64,000 nt of DNA from an uncultured Sphaerochaeta sp. GTDB taxonomy: Bacteria; Spirochaetota; Spirochaetia; Sphaerochaetales; Sphaerochaetaceae. The position numbers and the translations under genes were made by a program. The stretch spans positions 28,853-92,852 of the forward strand of contig CAYOWS010000012.1 of NCBI GenBank assembly GCA_964407735.1, written 5' to 3'. This document shows, one piece after another, positions 27,890-37,686 of the stretch (positions within the stretch are counted from its first letter, which is position 1; every line of letters begins with the position of its first letter). Below the pieces are notes generated by a model, which searched no databases, was not told the origin of the DNA, and saw only the letters and a program-made list of their open reading frames with translations.

Positions 27890-28858
27890 TTATTTTTCGG
27901 TATGATGTCCTGATTCGAACAAAGCCTGCAATTCTTCTTTATTGAAGTCGTATATCGTGCCACAGTTGAAGCATTCAAGCTGCAACGGGAACGGTCCTTC
28001 CTCCATGATGTTCCGCTTCTCTTTTTCAGGCAAGCCTGAAAGGTAGCCTTCGAAATGTTCTCTGCTGCAAGGACACGAAAAACCGATACCCAGATGGGCT
28101 AGGTGTTCAGGTTTTTCGGTCGCGAACTCCTGGAGCACATACTCCTTGATCGTAGTTCCTCCCGCAAGCGTCCTACCGAGGGGGGCGAGCTTCGGAGCCA
28201 GTTCCTGCAACCGCTCGAGGACATCGTCGGGACATCCAGGCATGGCCTGGAGGAACAATCCGCCCGCACCCGCTACGCGCCCTTCCTTGTCGAACTGAAT
28301 GCTCAGGGAAAAGAGGCTGGGGGTCTGTTCTGATTGCTGGTAATACACCGCGAGGTCCTGAGCGAGATTTCCGTATTGGAGCATGACCTGTCCGGTGAAC
28401 GGTTGGCTGCTGCCTTCGATCAACTTCGTGATGGTGAGGAAGCCCGGGCCGTAGAACATGGAGAGGTCGAAATTCTCCAGGGGTTTGTCCACCGGGATCG
28501 GGACGTTCTTCAGATATCCGCGTACCGCGCCGCAAGCCCAGGCTTCGACATATACGCCGCCGATGGGGCCGCCGCACTCGATGGTGAGCTGGATCCTGTC
28601 GTTGCCTTTCACGGTCGATGAAAGGAGCCCCGCCGCGATATAGGCCTGACCGAGGACGACGGTCTCCAGAATCCCCAGGCCGTGGTTTGCCCTCATCTGG
28701 TTGACCATGTGGGTTCCCTGTAAGGCTGTCAGACGGATCTTGCCGTCATCCAAAAGAAATACCTCCCTACCGTCGTCGGGCAAGGAGGCGAGATGGTCTA
28801 CTAATGTTTGATCTTCGATTTTTTTGCGAAACACCTTTGTCTCCGTCGGTAGCGACAA
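27890..28858 (-). CDS. hslO: Hsp33-family redox-regulated chaperone
   Basis: The C-terminal zinc centre CPCSREHF...CFNCGTIY (CxC...CxxC) is present, with an Hsp33 N-domain. Confidence 0.9.
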   Translation of the reverse strand: MSLPTETKVFRKKIEDQTLVDHLASLPDDGREVFLLDDGKIRLTALQGTHMVNQMRANHGLGILETVVLGQAYIAAGLLSSTVKGNDRIQLTIECGGPIGGVYVEAWACGAVRGYLKNVPIPVDKPLENFDLSMFYGPGFLTITKLIEGSSQPFTGQVMLQYGNLAQDLAVYYQQSEQTPSLFSLSIQFDKEGRVAGAGGLFLQAMPGCPDDVLERLQELAPKLAPLGRTLAGGTTIKEYVLQEFATEKPEHLAHLGIGFSCPCSREHFEGYLSGLPEKEKRNIMEEGPFPLQLECFNCGTIYDFNKEELQALFESGHHTEK

Positions 28859-29021
28859 CTGCCCGGTATCATCCCGTCACAGCGCCCAGCGGCTTAATCT
28901 ACGCCCACATGGCGTCGCTACCTGTTCTTCGTATATGCGTTTCCTGACTACGGAACAAGGACGACACGATATCGCATCGCCCCCTTGTCCGCCGTGTCAT
29001 GAAACATTGGCTAGGTGTAGA

Positions 29022-31046
29022 TTAGACAATGACTTCGTTTTTGGCAATAGTTTCGAACTCCGATCCTTCGATTACTTCTTTTTCAAGGAGCTTTACGGTG
29101 ATTTTTTCCAATGCCTCACGATTTTTTACAAGTTTTCCTTTGACGATCTCGTACCGCTCGTTGACGATCCTGGCCGTTTCGGTATCGATGTATTCCTGAG
29201 CCTTCTCCGAATACTCCCTCGATCCCGCGATTCCGGCGATACCGCTTTGCGCACTGGGCAACGTGATGTTCCTGTACTGGTCGCTCATGCCGAATTCGGT
29301 GATCATCCTGCGGACCAGGTCGCTTGCCCGGCTGATATCGTTGCCGGCTCCGGTCGATATCTCTCCGAACACGACCTCTTCGGCAGCACGACCGCCGAGC
29401 AGGGTGTCGATGTTTCCAAGCAGTTCGCTTTGCGACAACAGGAACCGGTCCTCGGTCGGATACTGGAGCGTATAGCCCAAGGCTCCCATGCCCCTGGGGA
29501 TGATCGATATCTTCGATACCGGTTGCGCCCCGGGAGTCATGAAGGCGGTCAAGGCATGGCCTGTCTCATGATAGGCGACCTTCTTCCGCTCGTCTTCGGT
29601 GAGGATCCTGCTCTTGCGCTGGAGTCCTGCGACGGATTTCTCTATGGCTTCCTCAAGGTCGGTCTGCTTGACTTTCTTTCGTCCGGCACGGACTGCCATC
29701 AACGCCGCTTCGTTGGCTATGTTCGCCAGGTCCGCACCTGCGAGCCCCGCGGCCGCCTGGGCGATCTTCCTCAGGTCGACGTCCGGCGCAAGCTTGATGT
29801 TCTTGGTATGGATCTTGAGAATCTCCTCACGTCCGTCAAGGTCAGGTTTGTCGATCAATACCTGTCGGTCGAAACGGCCGGGGCGAAGCAGGGCGGGATC
29901 GAGGATCTCAGGTCTGTTCGTTGCCGCGAGGATGATGACTCCGGTACGGGAGTCGAATCCGTCCATCTCCACCAGCAGCTGGTTGAGGGTCTGTTCCCGT
30001 TCGTCGTTGCCACCGATGCCCGCGGATACGCGTGAGCGGCCTATCGCGTCGATTTCATCGATGAAGATAATACAGGGGGAGTTCTCCCGGGCCTGTCTGA
30101 ACAGGTCCCTGACCCGCGCCGCACCGACGCCCACGAACATCTCCACGAAGTCCGCGCCGCTCATCTTGAAGAACGGGACGCCGGCTTCTCCTGCCACCGC
30201 TTTCGCAAGCAAGGTCTTGCCTGTTCCGGGAGGTCCTACCAACAGGACCCCCTTGGGGATCTTGCCGCCGATCTCGGTATATTTGTCCGGGTGCTTGAGG
30301 AAGTCCACGACTTCTTCGAGTTCATATTTGCTTTCGTCTGCTCCCGCCACGTCGGAGAACCGTACTCCTGTATCACCTTCCGCTACAATCTTCGCCTTGT
30401 TCTGGTTGAACGAGAGGACGCCCTGTCCTCCTCCTTGTCCCATCTTCGCGAACAGGAATCTCCACAGGAGGAAGAAGAGGGCGAAGGGGAGTATCCAGCT
30501 GAGCAACGTGGAGATCAGGCCTGGTCGTGCCGGCGCCGTGGCATAATATTCCACACCCATTTCATCCAATAGCGGGATCAGTGAAGGATCATCCAGCGAA
30601 TAGGTGGAATAGGCCATGGCGACAGGGGCCGTGGAACCTGATGTATTGTTTTGGTTGGTGGTATTGCCGCTGAACAATGAGCTGCGGAAGTCGTCCGTGG
30701 CCTGCCCCCTCGTATACGTGTATCCGACATACTGGTCGCTTTCTATCGCCACCCGTTTGATCGTGCCGTTCTTGATCAGGCTCTTGAACTGGTTGTAGTC
30801 CACGGAGGTCACATTGCTGCTTTGTGAGAAAAAGAAGCTGTTGATCAGCATCAACGCCATGAGGATGACGAAGAAATACCAGAAGGAGAACTTGAACTTT
30901 TTTTTCGTGCCGGGATCTACTCCGTTGCCTCTATGGATGCCAGGTTCTTCAGTGAACTTGTTTTTTTTCTTATCATCCTGTCCGTTTTGGGATGCGTATT
31001 GACGGTCGAGGTTGTCGGCGTCGTTCGGTTTGTTTTCGGTTGCCAT
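29022..31046 (-). CDS. ftsH: ATP-dependent zinc metalloprotease FtsH
   Basis: Walker [24 protein letters not shown], Walker [33 protein letters not shown] and zinc motif HETGHAL. Confidence 0.97.
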   Translation of the reverse strand: MATENKPNDADNLDRQYASQNGQDDKKKNKFTEEPGIHRGNGVDPGTKKKFKFSFWYFFVILMALMLINSFFFSQSSNVTSVDYNQFKSLIKNGTIKRVAIESDQYVGYTYTRGQATDDFRSSLFSGNTTNQNNTSGSTAPVAMAYSTYSLDDPSLIPLLDEMGVEYYATAPARPGLISTLLSWILPFALFFLLWRFLFAKMGQGGGQGVLSFNQNKAKIVAEGDTGVRFSDVAGADESKYELEEVVDFLKHPDKYTEIGGKIPKGVLLVGPPGTGKTLLAKAVAGEAGVPFFKMSGADFVEMFVGVGAARVRDLFRQARENSPCIIFIDEIDAIGRSRVSAGIGGNDEREQTLNQLLVEMDGFDSRTGVIILAATNRPEILDPALLRPGRFDRQVLIDKPDLDGREEILKIHTKNIKLAPDVDLRKIAQAAAGLAGADLANIANEAALMAVRAGRKKVKQTDLEEAIEKSVAGLQRKSRILTEDERKKVAYHETGHALTAFMTPGAQPVSKISIIPRGMGALGYTLQYPTEDRFLLSQSELLGNIDTLLGGRAAEEVVFGEISTGAGNDISRASDLVRRMITEFGMSDQYRNITLPSAQSGIAGIAGSREYSEKAQEYIDTETARIVNERYEIVKGKLVKNREALEKITVKLLEKEVIEGSEFETIAKNEVIV

Positions 31047-31149
31047 GTTTCTCCCTTGTCGTCCGTCTGATGATGGACTTCCTCCGAGTATGGGATTTCG
31101 GGGAGGATAGGGAAAATATACTCATAGCGGTGGCAATCGACAATAAATA

Positions 31150-31300
31150 ATACGGGCTGTTGCACGGGTATGGTGGTGCTTGTGCGGTAGACGTGTCACA
31201 TTCGGGGTAGACCTGTCCTGAGAACTGTCCCTGTGGCGGGCAGGCATGCCTATATCCGACCAGTCCTGTCCATAGACTAGCGTACTTGCAGGCGGATGTA
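31150..31300. repeat. Weak array of about 11-bp phased ACGGGT / GGTAGAC / ATAGAC units (same family as 39158, 56801, 58365)
   Basis: tacgggctgtt gcacgggtatg ... gcggtagacgt gtcacattcgg ggtagacctgt ... atagactagcg, read in 11-nt register. Confidence 0.4.
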
Positions 31301-31397
31301 CCTATTTCGCTGGGGGCCCTTTCCTCGCCACTGTATAAACCATATTCAGAAAAAAACATGGTTCAGGCATAGCCGCTGATAGCATTTCACAGTATAT

Positions 31398-31414
31398 TGT
31401 GCAATAATTGCACA
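31398..31414. promoter_or_regulatory. 17-bp perfect palindrome, candidate enhancer-binding-protein site (UAS)
   Basis: TGTGCAAT-A-ATTGCACA lies 162 bp upstream of the -24 element. A half-site TGTGCAA recurs at 31471. Confidence 0.45.
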
Positions 31415-31575
31415 GTGTGCGAGTTTTTCCTGCGGGATTTGGTATCGGCAGAGAGGATCGATGATTCCTGTGTGCAAAAATATACCAGCCCATGGGTAGA
31501 TATTGCCCGACTGATAGCCTGCAATTATGAAGATTGTGTGTATTTTGTGATTTTTCTTCACACTTCGATTGCTGT

Positions 31576-31591
31576 TGGCATGTGTTTTGCA
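31576..31591 (+). promoter_or_regulatory. Sigma-54 (-24/-12) promoter
   Basis: TGGCATgtgttTTGCA against consensus TGGCAC-N5-TTGCW, with exact GG/GC spacing. It lies 34 nt upstream of the TolC-like start codon, with SD gagggga in between. Confidence 0.7.
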
Positions 31592-31624
31592 CATCATGAG
31601 GTACGTATAATGAGGGGAAAATTT

Positions 31625-33082
31625 ATGAATAGATCACCAAAACGCCGATGCATAGGGCTCCTGCTTGTAGCCTGCTGTGCGTTGACTCCGCTGTTCGCGG
31701 TCGAACTTGATCAGCTGATGTCCATGGCGAAGGAGCGAAGCCCGCAGATGCAGGCCTATCTGCTCACCCGTCAAAACAGTGAAATCACCAACACGTTGAC
31801 AGATACGAAGGATTCCCTGGGAATCGCGATAGCTACGGGGAATACGACTGTGGGATATACACAACCTACGACGATAGCGGGTCAGCCCCAGTCCGGCTTC
31901 ATCTCCACATCCGCCAATCCGTCGGTCACCTTCACCCTGCCCAACGATGGCAAGACGAAGATTTCGGTTGGCTCCGGTGCCGGTGTGAATTTTCTTGATA
32001 ACGGGGCTCGAACTTATTCCCTCGATCCTTCCGTCGGCGCCTCACATACGTTCACCTTCGGCGAGACCGGCGACGCCCGTTCCGACCTGCTCTATTCCCA
32101 GAACGTGCTGTTGTCCAGCCAGACCTACTCGAACAACGTGTTGAGCTTCGAGAACCAGGTCTACCAGAAGATATCCTCGATCCTGACGTTGGAACAGCAG
32201 CTTCGCACGACCCAGAAGAATATCGACGACCTGCGGACCACGATGGACAACGCCCTCAAGCTGGGGACGACCACAAAGGATTCCGTGACCTATCGGAATC
32301 AGGAGATACAGTTGGAATCGTATCAGAACAGTCTGGACAACCTCAAGCTGACCTATGACTACAACCTCGACCAGTACAAGGTGCTGACCGGACTCAGTTA
32401 TGAACCTGTGACCGGTATCCGCGAGGTCTCCTTGAACTTCACCCCGTTGTCCGCCGGAAATACCGCGGTGGTCCTCAAGCAGCTCACCTTGCAGGTTGCG
32501 GAAGAGGATCTGAAGATAGAGAAGGCGAAGCAGACCAATACGACGCTGGGTGTCAACGGCTCCATCGGAGTACCTGTCACAAGAAAGAGTGGGGTGAACT
32601 CCTATTCAATCAACGGTTCCGCCGGTGCGACGGTATCCGGGTCGAATTTCTCCGTATCAGCCTCCACAAAGATGGATTATTCCATCACCAATGATACATT
32701 CACTCCGTCCGTCACGGTAGCGGGTTCATGGAACAACAACGCCAGCAAGACTACCGACACCTTGAAACTTCAGCAGTTGGAGAACAAAGCTCTACTTGCA
32801 CAGCTCGACTACAACGACGCCTTGCTCGCCTACCAGTCCAGCGCGATATCGTTGCAGAACGAGGTTCAGAACTGGAACCTCTCCATGGCGCAGCAGAAGA
32901 ATCTGATAGAATATCACAAACAGGTACTGGCACAGAAGGAGACCCTGCTTGAAAAGGGGCTGGGCAAGCAGACTGAAGTCGACGCCGCCAAGTTCACGAT
33001 TGAACAGGATCAATATGATTGGGACAAACTGTTGCTGGACGGACTGGTGTTGGAAAACAAGATCCGCATGATCCAGCTATAA
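31625..33082 (+). CDS. TolC-family outer membrane efflux protein
   Basis: Signal peptide CIGLLLVACCALTPLFA. Repeated coiled halves are present. It is the first gene of the MacAB-type cluster. The upstream part of the 561-aa track ORF is non-coding leader. Confidence 0.85.
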   Translation: MNRSPKRRCIGLLLVACCALTPLFAVELDQLMSMAKERSPQMQAYLLTRQNSEITNTLTDTKDSLGIAIATGNTTVGYTQPTTIAGQPQSGFISTSANPSVTFTLPNDGKTKISVGSGAGVNFLDNGARTYSLDPSVGASHTFTFGETGDARSDLLYSQNVLLSSQTYSNNVLSFENQVYQKISSILTLEQQLRTTQKNIDDLRTTMDNALKLGTTTKDSVTYRNQEIQLESYQNSLDNLKLTYDYNLDQYKVLTGLSYEPVTGIREVSLNFTPLSAGNTAVVLKQLTLQVAEEDLKIEKAKQTNTTLGVNGSIGVPVTRKSGVNSYSINGSAGATVSGSNFSVSASTKMDYSITNDTFTPSVTVAGSWNNNASKTTDTLKLQQLENKALLAQLDYNDALLAYQSSAISLQNEVQNWNLSMAQQKNLIEYHKQVLAQKETLLEKGLGKQTEVDAAKFTIEQDQYDWDKLLLDGLVLENKIRMIQL

Positions 33083-33105
33083 AACCAAGGAGCAGATGAA
33101 AGACT

Positions 33106-34251
33106 ATGGCTAAGAATAAAGAGAAAAACAACGCGCCTATTTCCACCGAGGATCAGGTCCGCAGTACTTTGCGCCGCCGCATGGCTCGCAAACGGGTGAA
33201 AAATATCGTTGTCTGGATCATCGTGATCGCCGTGATCATCGGGGGCTATTCCCTCTATAATTTCTATAAGCAGAACGGACGGATGCCTTGGTCGCCCGCA
33301 AGACAGGTCCTTTCGGGGGATACGACGGTCGAGGAGAAGGTCTATGAAAGTACGTACAACACCACCATCGACCTCTCCGGCTATGTCGCTCCGTTCGATG
33401 AACAGAAGGTGAACTTCCGTTCTACCGGCGCTATCACCGGGGTGTACGTAGAGGAAGGGCAGCCGGTCAAGAAGGGTGATCTGCTCGTGACGATCGACGA
33501 TACCAGCCAGCAGTATGCGTTGGCCAACTTTGAGGCGCAGATCGAACAGGCGGAGATCGAGGGCAGCGCCCGTTCCCTGCGGTTGTTGCAGCTCCAGAAG
33601 AAGACCGCCGAGAACAACCTGGACTACACCCGGTCATACGCCAATTTTGACGGCGTGGTAGCTTCCGTCTCTGTTTCTGTCGGCGACTACTTCGAGGCCG
33701 GTTCCTCGGCCATGACGGTCATCGACCGCAGCAAGCTCAAGGCGACGGTCGAGATCGATGAGATCGACATGCAGTATGTTCAGCTTGGGCAGAAGGCCGA
33801 ACTGACGTTTGATGCCCTGCCGGGCGTGGTTGTACCAGCTGTCGTGTCGTATATCCCCATGATAGGCCGCTATACGAACCAGGGCATCGGTGTCATGGAT
33901 GTTGAGATCACTATCGACGATCCCCCCGTGGGACTCGCCCCTGGCTATACCTTCGAAGGTACGATCAATGTTGAAGGCGAGATAACGATGGTCCTCGTCC
34001 CCCAGTCCGCGGTCACCACCCGCAGAGGTGTCAGCACCGTTGAGAAGAAGATGCCCGATGGATCTACCAGGACCACCACCGTTACGATCAAATACCTCGG
34101 TGAGGGGATCTGCCAGATCCTTGGCGGTGACCTGAAGGTCGGTGATACGGTCGTCGTCAGAAAATCCATGCTCCCGTCTGACACCGCTTCCTCCATGATG
34201 GTTTCCGTTGGTGGCGGTGGTGGGGCTGCGAGTGGACCCGGCCCTCGGTAG
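33106..34251 (+). CDS. Efflux periplasmic adaptor (HlyD/MacA-like)
   Basis: N-terminal TM anchor, a lipoyl motif GAITGVYVEEGQPVKKGDLLVTIDD, a coiled hairpin and a beta-barrel domain. Confidence 0.85.
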   Translation: MAKNKEKNNAPISTEDQVRSTLRRRMARKRVKNIVVWIIVIAVIIGGYSLYNFYKQNGRMPWSPARQVLSGDTTVEEKVYESTYNTTIDLSGYVAPFDEQKVNFRSTGAITGVYVEEGQPVKKGDLLVTIDDTSQQYALANFEAQIEQAEIEGSARSLRLLQLQKKTAENNLDYTRSYANFDGVVASVSVSVGDYFEAGSSAMTVIDRSKLKATVEIDEIDMQYVQLGQKAELTFDALPGVVVPAVVSYIPMIGRYTNQGIGVMDVEITIDDPPVGLAPGYTFEGTINVEGEITMVLVPQSAVTTRRGVSTVEKKMPDGSTRTTTVTIKYLGEGICQILGGDLKVGDTVVVRKSMLPSDTASSMMVSVGGGGGAASGPGPR

Positions 34252-34263
34252 GAGAGAGCGGAA

Positions 34264-35031
34264 ATGAGTGAAAGTACAATGGGTACCTTGCAGTCCCGAT
34301 CATACGCGGCCCAGTCTGACGGCACCATAGTGGTGCCGGGGGTGGAGCAGCCTCATGTGGGCAAAGCGGTCATCACGCTGAGGGACATCAAACGATATTT
34401 TATCGTAGGCGATTTCGTCGTCAAGGCGTTGGACGGGGTATCCCTGGATATCCTGAAAGGCGATTTCACGGCGATCATGGGGCCGTCCGGATCGGGCAAA
34501 TCGACCATGATGAACCTGATCGGCTGTCTCGATACGCCGACCAGTGGAGACATTCGGATAGATGGCGAAGATACTTCGGGTCTGAACGAGGCGGAGCTCG
34601 CGTTCATCCGTAACCAGAAGGTCGGTTTCGTGTTCCAGCAGTTCAACCTACTGGGCAAGCTGACCGCGCTGGAGAATGTCATCACCCCTCTGTTGTATGC
34701 GGGAGTGTCGGTGAGGGACCGGAGGGAACGGGCCGTCACGGCTTTGGAGCGCGTCGGACTGGCGGACCGGATGAAACACCGTCCGAATGAACTGTCCGGT
34801 GGACAGAAACAGCGAGTAGCCATCGCCCGTGCCTTGGTGAACAATCCTGCGATCCTGCTGGCCGATGAACCTACCGGTGCATTGGATTCGAATACCGGCA
34901 ACCAGATCATGGAACTGTTCGAGGAACTGAACAGCGAAGGACGTACCGTCGTCATCGTCACCCATGACCGGGAACTGGGGATGCGTTGTCCCCGACAGGT
35001 ACGAATACGCGACGGAAGGTTGGAGGAGTAG
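34264..35031 (+). CDS. ABC transporter ATP-binding protein (MacB/LolD type)
   Basis: Walker [10 protein letters not shown], signature [15 protein letters not shown] and Walker [13 protein letters not shown]. Confidence 0.95.
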   Translation: MSESTMGTLQSRSYAAQSDGTIVVPGVEQPHVGKAVITLRDIKRYFIVGDFVVKALDGVSLDILKGDFTAIMGPSGSGKSTMMNLIGCLDTPTSGDIRIDGEDTSGLNEAELAFIRNQKVGFVFQQFNLLGKLTALENVITPLLYAGVSVRDRRERAVTALERVGLADRMKHRPNELSGGQKQRVAIARALVNNPAILLADEPTGALDSNTGNQIMELFEELNSEGRTVVIVTHDRELGMRCPRQVRIRDGRLEE

Positions 35032-35032
35032 C

Positions 35033-36214
35033 ATGTTCATAGAGAATATCAAGCTGGCGTTCGCCGCTATGCGCGGCAACAAGCTGCGGACCGTGCTCTC
35101 CCTGTTGGGAATCATTATCGGCGTAGGTTCCGTCGTCGCCATCCTGACCCTCGGTCAGAGCGCTACGGAAAGCATCACCGATTCGATCTCCTCCGGCGGC
35201 CTGAACATGGTCTCCATCTATCCCGTGTCGAACCAGAAGACCACGGCGGTGTTCACCGAGGACTTCGGCGATACGCTGATGCGCAATGTCGAGGGGATAG
35301 GGTCGGTATTGCCTCAGGTGAACAGCAACGCCTATGTCCGTAACGGGCAGGATCGGATGAACGTGACCGTCAACGGTGTCCTTTCGACCTATGCCGACGT
35401 TCAGAACTATGAGCCGGAAGAGGGCGAGTTCTTCAGCAGCATGGATAACATCAACCGCCGGCAGGTGATCGTGCTCGGTTCCAAGGTCGCCGAAGAGCTG
35501 TTCCCCTATGGGGATGCGGTAGGTCAGTATGTCAGTCTGTTCCGCACCCAGGCGAAGAGCTATCTGGTGGTCGGCGTCATGAAGGCCAAGGACGCTTCGT
35601 TCAGCGGTTCGTATGATTCGAGCGTATACATTCCATACAACACCTATCAGCAGCGGTTCCGCCGTACCAATACGGTAGGGTCCTATGTCGTGCAGGTCAA
35701 TGATGACGCCGATACCATCGCAGTGTCGGACAACATCACCCTGTATCTCGACAATCTGGTGGGATCCGACGCCTACGGGATCTTCTCGCCCGCCACGCTG
35801 GCGGAGATGGCCCAGCAGATCACCGGGACGTTCAGTTCCTTCCTCGCGGCTATCGCGGCGATATCCTTGCTGGTCGGTGGAATCGGCATCATGAACATCA
35901 TGCTGGTGTCGGTCGCGGAACGTACGAAGGAGATCGGAATCCGTAAGGCTCTTGGAGCTTCCCCCTCTACGATCAGGGGGCAGTTCTTGACTGAGGCGAT
36001 CACCCTGACGCTGATAGGCGGCGTGCTGGGCATCGTCCTTGGATCGGGTCTCAGCATCGCCTTGACGAATCTCGTCGGATGGTCGTTGCACCTGTCCTAT
36101 TTCTCGTTCGTGTTCGCCATGGGCTTCTCGATGTGCGTAGGTGTCTTCTTTGGATGGTATCCTGCCATGAAGGCTTCGAAGCTCGATCCGATTGAAGCGC
36201 TGAACTACGAATAA
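35033..36214 (+). CDS. ABC transporter permease (MacB/FtsX type with periplasmic domain)
   Basis: MFIENIKLAFAAMRGNKLRTVLSLLGIIIGV N-terminus. The C-terminal FtsX 3-TM bundle carries ERTKEIGIRKALGA. Confidence 0.9.
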   Translation: MFIENIKLAFAAMRGNKLRTVLSLLGIIIGVGSVVAILTLGQSATESITDSISSGGLNMVSIYPVSNQKTTAVFTEDFGDTLMRNVEGIGSVLPQVNSNAYVRNGQDRMNVTVNGVLSTYADVQNYEPEEGEFFSSMDNINRRQVIVLGSKVAEELFPYGDAVGQYVSLFRTQAKSYLVVGVMKAKDASFSGSYDSSVYIPYNTYQQRFRRTNTVGSYVVQVNDDADTIAVSDNITLYLDNLVGSDAYGIFSPATLAEMAQQITGTFSSFLAAIAAISLLVGGIGIMNIMLVSVAERTKEIGIRKALGASPSTIRGQFLTEAITLTLIGGVLGIVLGSGLSIALTNLVGWSLHLSYFSFVFAMGFSMCVGVFFGWYPAMKASKLDPIEALNYE

Positions 36215-36267
36215 CGCAGGGTTCCATATTTCATTGCTGACAATACAAGGGAAGGAAGATATCGATT

Positions 36268-37626
36268 GTGAAAAAGAGGGAAATGAAACGGAGGTGGTCG
36301 ATCGCCGACGGCAAGGAGCCGATATTCGTTATTTCGGGTCTCGTGTTCGCGTTTCTGCTTCTTATCTGTCTGGTGCTGTTCCTATCGTACAACATCATCG
36401 AGACGGAGAACAAAAATATCCAGTTGGCCGCTGAACGTGCGTTCAACTCGGTATATATCACGCTGTCGACGATGACCGGCGGGTCTTCATATGCCAATAC
36501 CGCGTTCGATACGTATGCCATCTCCAAAGCGACACGGGTCATGCAGGAGGAGGGGGTGAAGGCGATAGGGATATACGAGGACAACGGAAGGTTCAGCTTT
36601 GGGTTGGGTTCCGCACCATATGCCCTCTCGCTGGAGCATCTGAACATTCTCCGTGACCATGGTGATGATACGCAGTCCGGCATTCTGACCTACAACAAGG
36701 AGACGGGAATGATCGAATATCTCCGTTTCTCCCGTCAGATCCTGCTCGATATCGGAACATTCAGTTTTTCCGACAACAGTCTGGTCAGCAATCCGGTCGA
36801 TTTCCCGAATATCCTCTACATTCTGTTCGATGGTCAGGCATTCCAACGACGTCTGACCATGGTCAAGGCCTTTTCGTTCTTCACGATCATGGCGATCGGG
36901 GTGTTTTTCCTGATGGTTGTGAACATCTATCAGAACAACAGACAGTACCGAGTGACCTTGGCGAAGCAGGAGAGTCTTGTGAATCTCGGACAGGCGGCCC
37001 GGACGTTGACCCATGAAATCAAGAATCCGTTGAGTGCCATCACCATCCAGATAGCATTGCTGAAGAAGATGCTGCCGCCGGAACACAAAGAAGACCTTCA
37101 GGTCGTGGACCTCGAGGTGCAGCGGTTGATCCAGCTTACCAACAAGGTCAGTGATTTCCTGCGCAATCCTCTGGGTACACCGGAGACAGTGGATCTGCCG
37201 CCGTTCATTGAGACGATCTCCCAGCGGTTCTCGATACCTGTGACCTTTATCCCTGGGAGCCTGGATCATGTGACCATCGACTTCGACACCGACCGTGCCC
37301 GTTCCGTGTTCGAGAATCTGCTCAAGAACGCGATGGAGAGCTGCCAAGGGCGAGATCCATTGGTTGAAGTCGAGATCACTTTGGACAAACGGGATCATGT
37401 CCATGTCTATGTGCGCGATCGTGGCGATGGCATTCCAGAGGGTGGCGAAAAGAAGATCTTCGATCCGTTTTTTACGACGAAGATCCATGGTTCCGGCATA
37501 GGCTTGTCCATTTCCCGGCAGTTTGTAAAAGCGCGTGGCGGCAATATCAAGCTCTACCCGCGGGAGGGCGGGGGTACTGTGGCCGAGGTCGTTCTCCCCA
37601 GGTCTTTGCATAGACTGAAGGACTAG
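36268..37626 (+). CDS. Sensor histidine kinase (two TM segments flanking an extracytoplasmic domain of about 170 aa)
   Basis: H-box LTHEIKNPLSAI, N-box LLKNAMES, and G-boxes DRGDGIP / GSGIGLSISR. Confidence 0.9.
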   Translation: MKKREMKRRWSIADGKEPIFVISGLVFAFLLLICLVLFLSYNIIETENKNIQLAAERAFNSVYITLSTMTGGSSYANTAFDTYAISKATRVMQEEGVKAIGIYEDNGRFSFGLGSAPYALSLEHLNILRDHGDDTQSGILTYNKETGMIEYLRFSRQILLDIGTFSFSDNSLVSNPVDFPNILYILFDGQAFQRRLTMVKAFSFFTIMAIGVFFLMVVNIYQNNRQYRVTLAKQESLVNLGQAARTLTHEIKNPLSAITIQIALLKKMLPPEHKEDLQVVDLEVQRLIQLTNKVSDFLRNPLGTPETVDLPPFIETISQRFSIPVTFIPGSLDHVTIDFDTDRARSVFENLLKNAMESCQGRDPLVEVEITLDKRDHVHVYVRDRGDGIPEGGEKKIFDPFFTTKIHGSGIGLSISRQFVKARGGNIKLYPREGGGTVAEVVLPRSLHRLKD

Positions 37627-37686
37627 ACAGGAGCGCGGCGCCGCATCGACCGTACAGACCGTATAGAAGAGAAAAAGGAATGAAGT

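Noticed and set aside
26710-30546. Long plus-strand ORFs 26710..27945, 28824..30035 and 29599..30546
   Set aside because: They are antisense to rlmKL, hslO and ftsH. Their translations are Arg/Pro/Ser/Gly-rich with no motifs.
31397-31624. N-terminal 76 codons of the 561-aa track ORF
   Set aside because: This part contains the palindrome and the sigma-54 promoter, and it is Cys-rich nonsense. The signal peptide and SD support the start at 31625.
34958-36091. 377-aa minus ORF. Similar antisense ORFs occur elsewhere (20407..21048, 23860..24405, 41121..42128, 50462..51304, 53840..54652, 55703..56551, 56843..57817, 60362..61375, 62012..62626, 62684..63478)
   Set aside because: All of them mirror well-supported genes on the other strand. 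None has an SD-linked start or a recognisable domain.
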